Of a DNA stretch of 26,152 nucleotides, positions 25,379-26,152 are shown in pieces; within the stretch, counting starts at the first letter, position 1; the number at the start of each line of letters is the position of its first letter. Source of the stretch: a virus (lineage: Duplodnaviria > Caudoviricetes); IMG/VR virus record IMGVR_UViG_3300026911_000003, positions 1 to 26,152 of that record. One strand, 5' to 3'. The notes below the pieces were generated by a model that was not told where the DNA came from, ran no database searches, and was given only the letters and a program-made list of their open reading frames with translations. Position numbers and translations under genes: made by a program.

Positions 25379-25798
25379 ATGACGACGTATGAATGGACGA
25401 TGGTATGCATTGCGTCGGGTGGGTTTACGATAACGGTCGGCGGTACATTAGCTGGCTGCGTGTGGGGCGTTGCTAAGATCAAGCAGTACACTGTTGAACA
25501 GATCGCGGCCGAACAGCTAATTCGCGCAAAAACTATAGCGGATGTCGCCAAGACCTTCGCTGAAGATCAAAAAACCCAAGATCACAATATGGGTGAGATG
25601 GGCAGCGCCTTGAGGCGTTTTATTGAAGCGGTTGAGAAGGAAATGCATCAGATCGAGATCTGGGGGCGCGATCATTATGCTCTCAAGAACGATGTCGAGA
25701 AATCGACCAATGCGTTGCTGATGTACGTCAAGGAAATGAGAACGGAAATAAAAGCCGACCTTCTTAACCTGGGCGTCAAACTGGATGCGAGGCATTGA
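25379..25798 (+). CDS. Membrane-anchored coiled-coil protein
   Basis: N-terminal hydrophobic segment followed by helical heptads. Confidence 0.65.
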   Translation: MTTYEWTMVCIASGGFTITVGGTLAGCVWGVAKIKQYTVEQIAAEQLIRAKTIADVAKTFAEDQKTQDHNMGEMGSALRRFIEAVEKEMHQIEIWGRDHYALKNDVEKSTNALLMYVKEMRTEIKADLLNLGVKLDARH

Positions 25799-25899
25799 TG
25801 TTGAACAGCGTTTTGGCGTTTCTAATCGTCATCGCAATCCTGATGATTGGTGTAGCAGTTCAAGAGTTCATGGAATATCGGAATGATAGGAAGGACTAA
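25798..25899 (+). CDS. 33-aa single-TM microprotein, not in ORF track
   Basis: MLNSVLAFLIVIAILMIGVAVQEFMEYRNDRKD*; TGATG coupling. Confidence 0.6.
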   Translation: MLNSVLAFLIVIAILMIGVAVQEFMEYRNDRKD

Positions 25900-25902
25900 A
25901 GG

Positions 25903-26152
25903 GTGTCGTTGCCACTTCCAGAAGAACTAATGCGGCAAGCCATTGATGCGGTGGCATCACATGGGACGGTACAAGCCGCCGCTATCGCTCTCGGACTACC
26001 ACGACAGACATTGCAAAGCAGATTGAGGTCGGCATCATCGAGGGGATTTGTCCCCGAACAAGAAAGTGAAATTGAGTTCCCCGAACTGCCATCAAGCGAA
26101 TTGCCGGCGGAAGATTTGATTGAGCAGGCTTGTAAGCGGTTCGACGGGCATC
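25903..26152 (+). CDS. Protein with N-terminal Fis-like HTH (3'-truncated by the window)
   Basis: GTG after AAGGA; AVASHGTVQAAAIALGLPRQTLQSRL is a Fis-type HTH; the frame is open to the window end. Confidence 0.7.
   Translation, partial: MSLPLPEELMRQAIDAVASHGTVQAAAIALGLPRQTLQSRLRSASSRGFVPEQESEIEFPELPSSELPAEDLIEQACKRFDGH

Noticed and set aside
1-26152. tRNA, rRNA, integrase/att site, or anti-phage defence genes
   Set aside because: No cloverleaf, rRNA-like tract, recombinase or recognisable defence domain was seen by eye; the window is nearly fully coding.

Overview
This window is the late (virion morphogenesis and lysis) region of a tailed dsDNA phage or prophage with a podovirus-like layout. 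The host is probably alphaproteobacterial, inferred only from GC content, codon usage and promoter style. Almost everything is on the + strand, in this order: end of a probable portal, small basic proteins, a GroES-like co-chaperonin, scaffold, a capsid-associated protein, major capsid protein, decoration-like proteins, adaptor/tail/fibre/nozzle proteins, a GNAT-like protein, two large internal (ejection) proteins, a GH19 endolysin, and holin/lipoprotein-like genes. Four unrelated free-standing homing endonucleases sit between structural genes (HNH, 3xNUMOD4-HNH, GIY-YIG, Zn-HNH). Main leads: (1) a recurrent [KRYL]-x-x-G-G-x-V peptide tag, usually behind a basic leader, on five presumably internal proteins, plus a stand-alone duplicated-domain protein, suggesting a head-cargo targeting or proteolytic maturation system; (2) RBS-sequestering or bistable RNA structures in front of the endonucleases; (3) an identical GGAGTTACGA RBS with non-AUG starts (ATT, TTG) for the two shell genes that follow endonuclease insertions; (4) a leaderless antisense membrane-protein gene after the last ejection gene; (5) several tiny single-TM ORFs missed by the ORF track. 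All functional calls come from motif recognition and synteny by eye; no database search was run.
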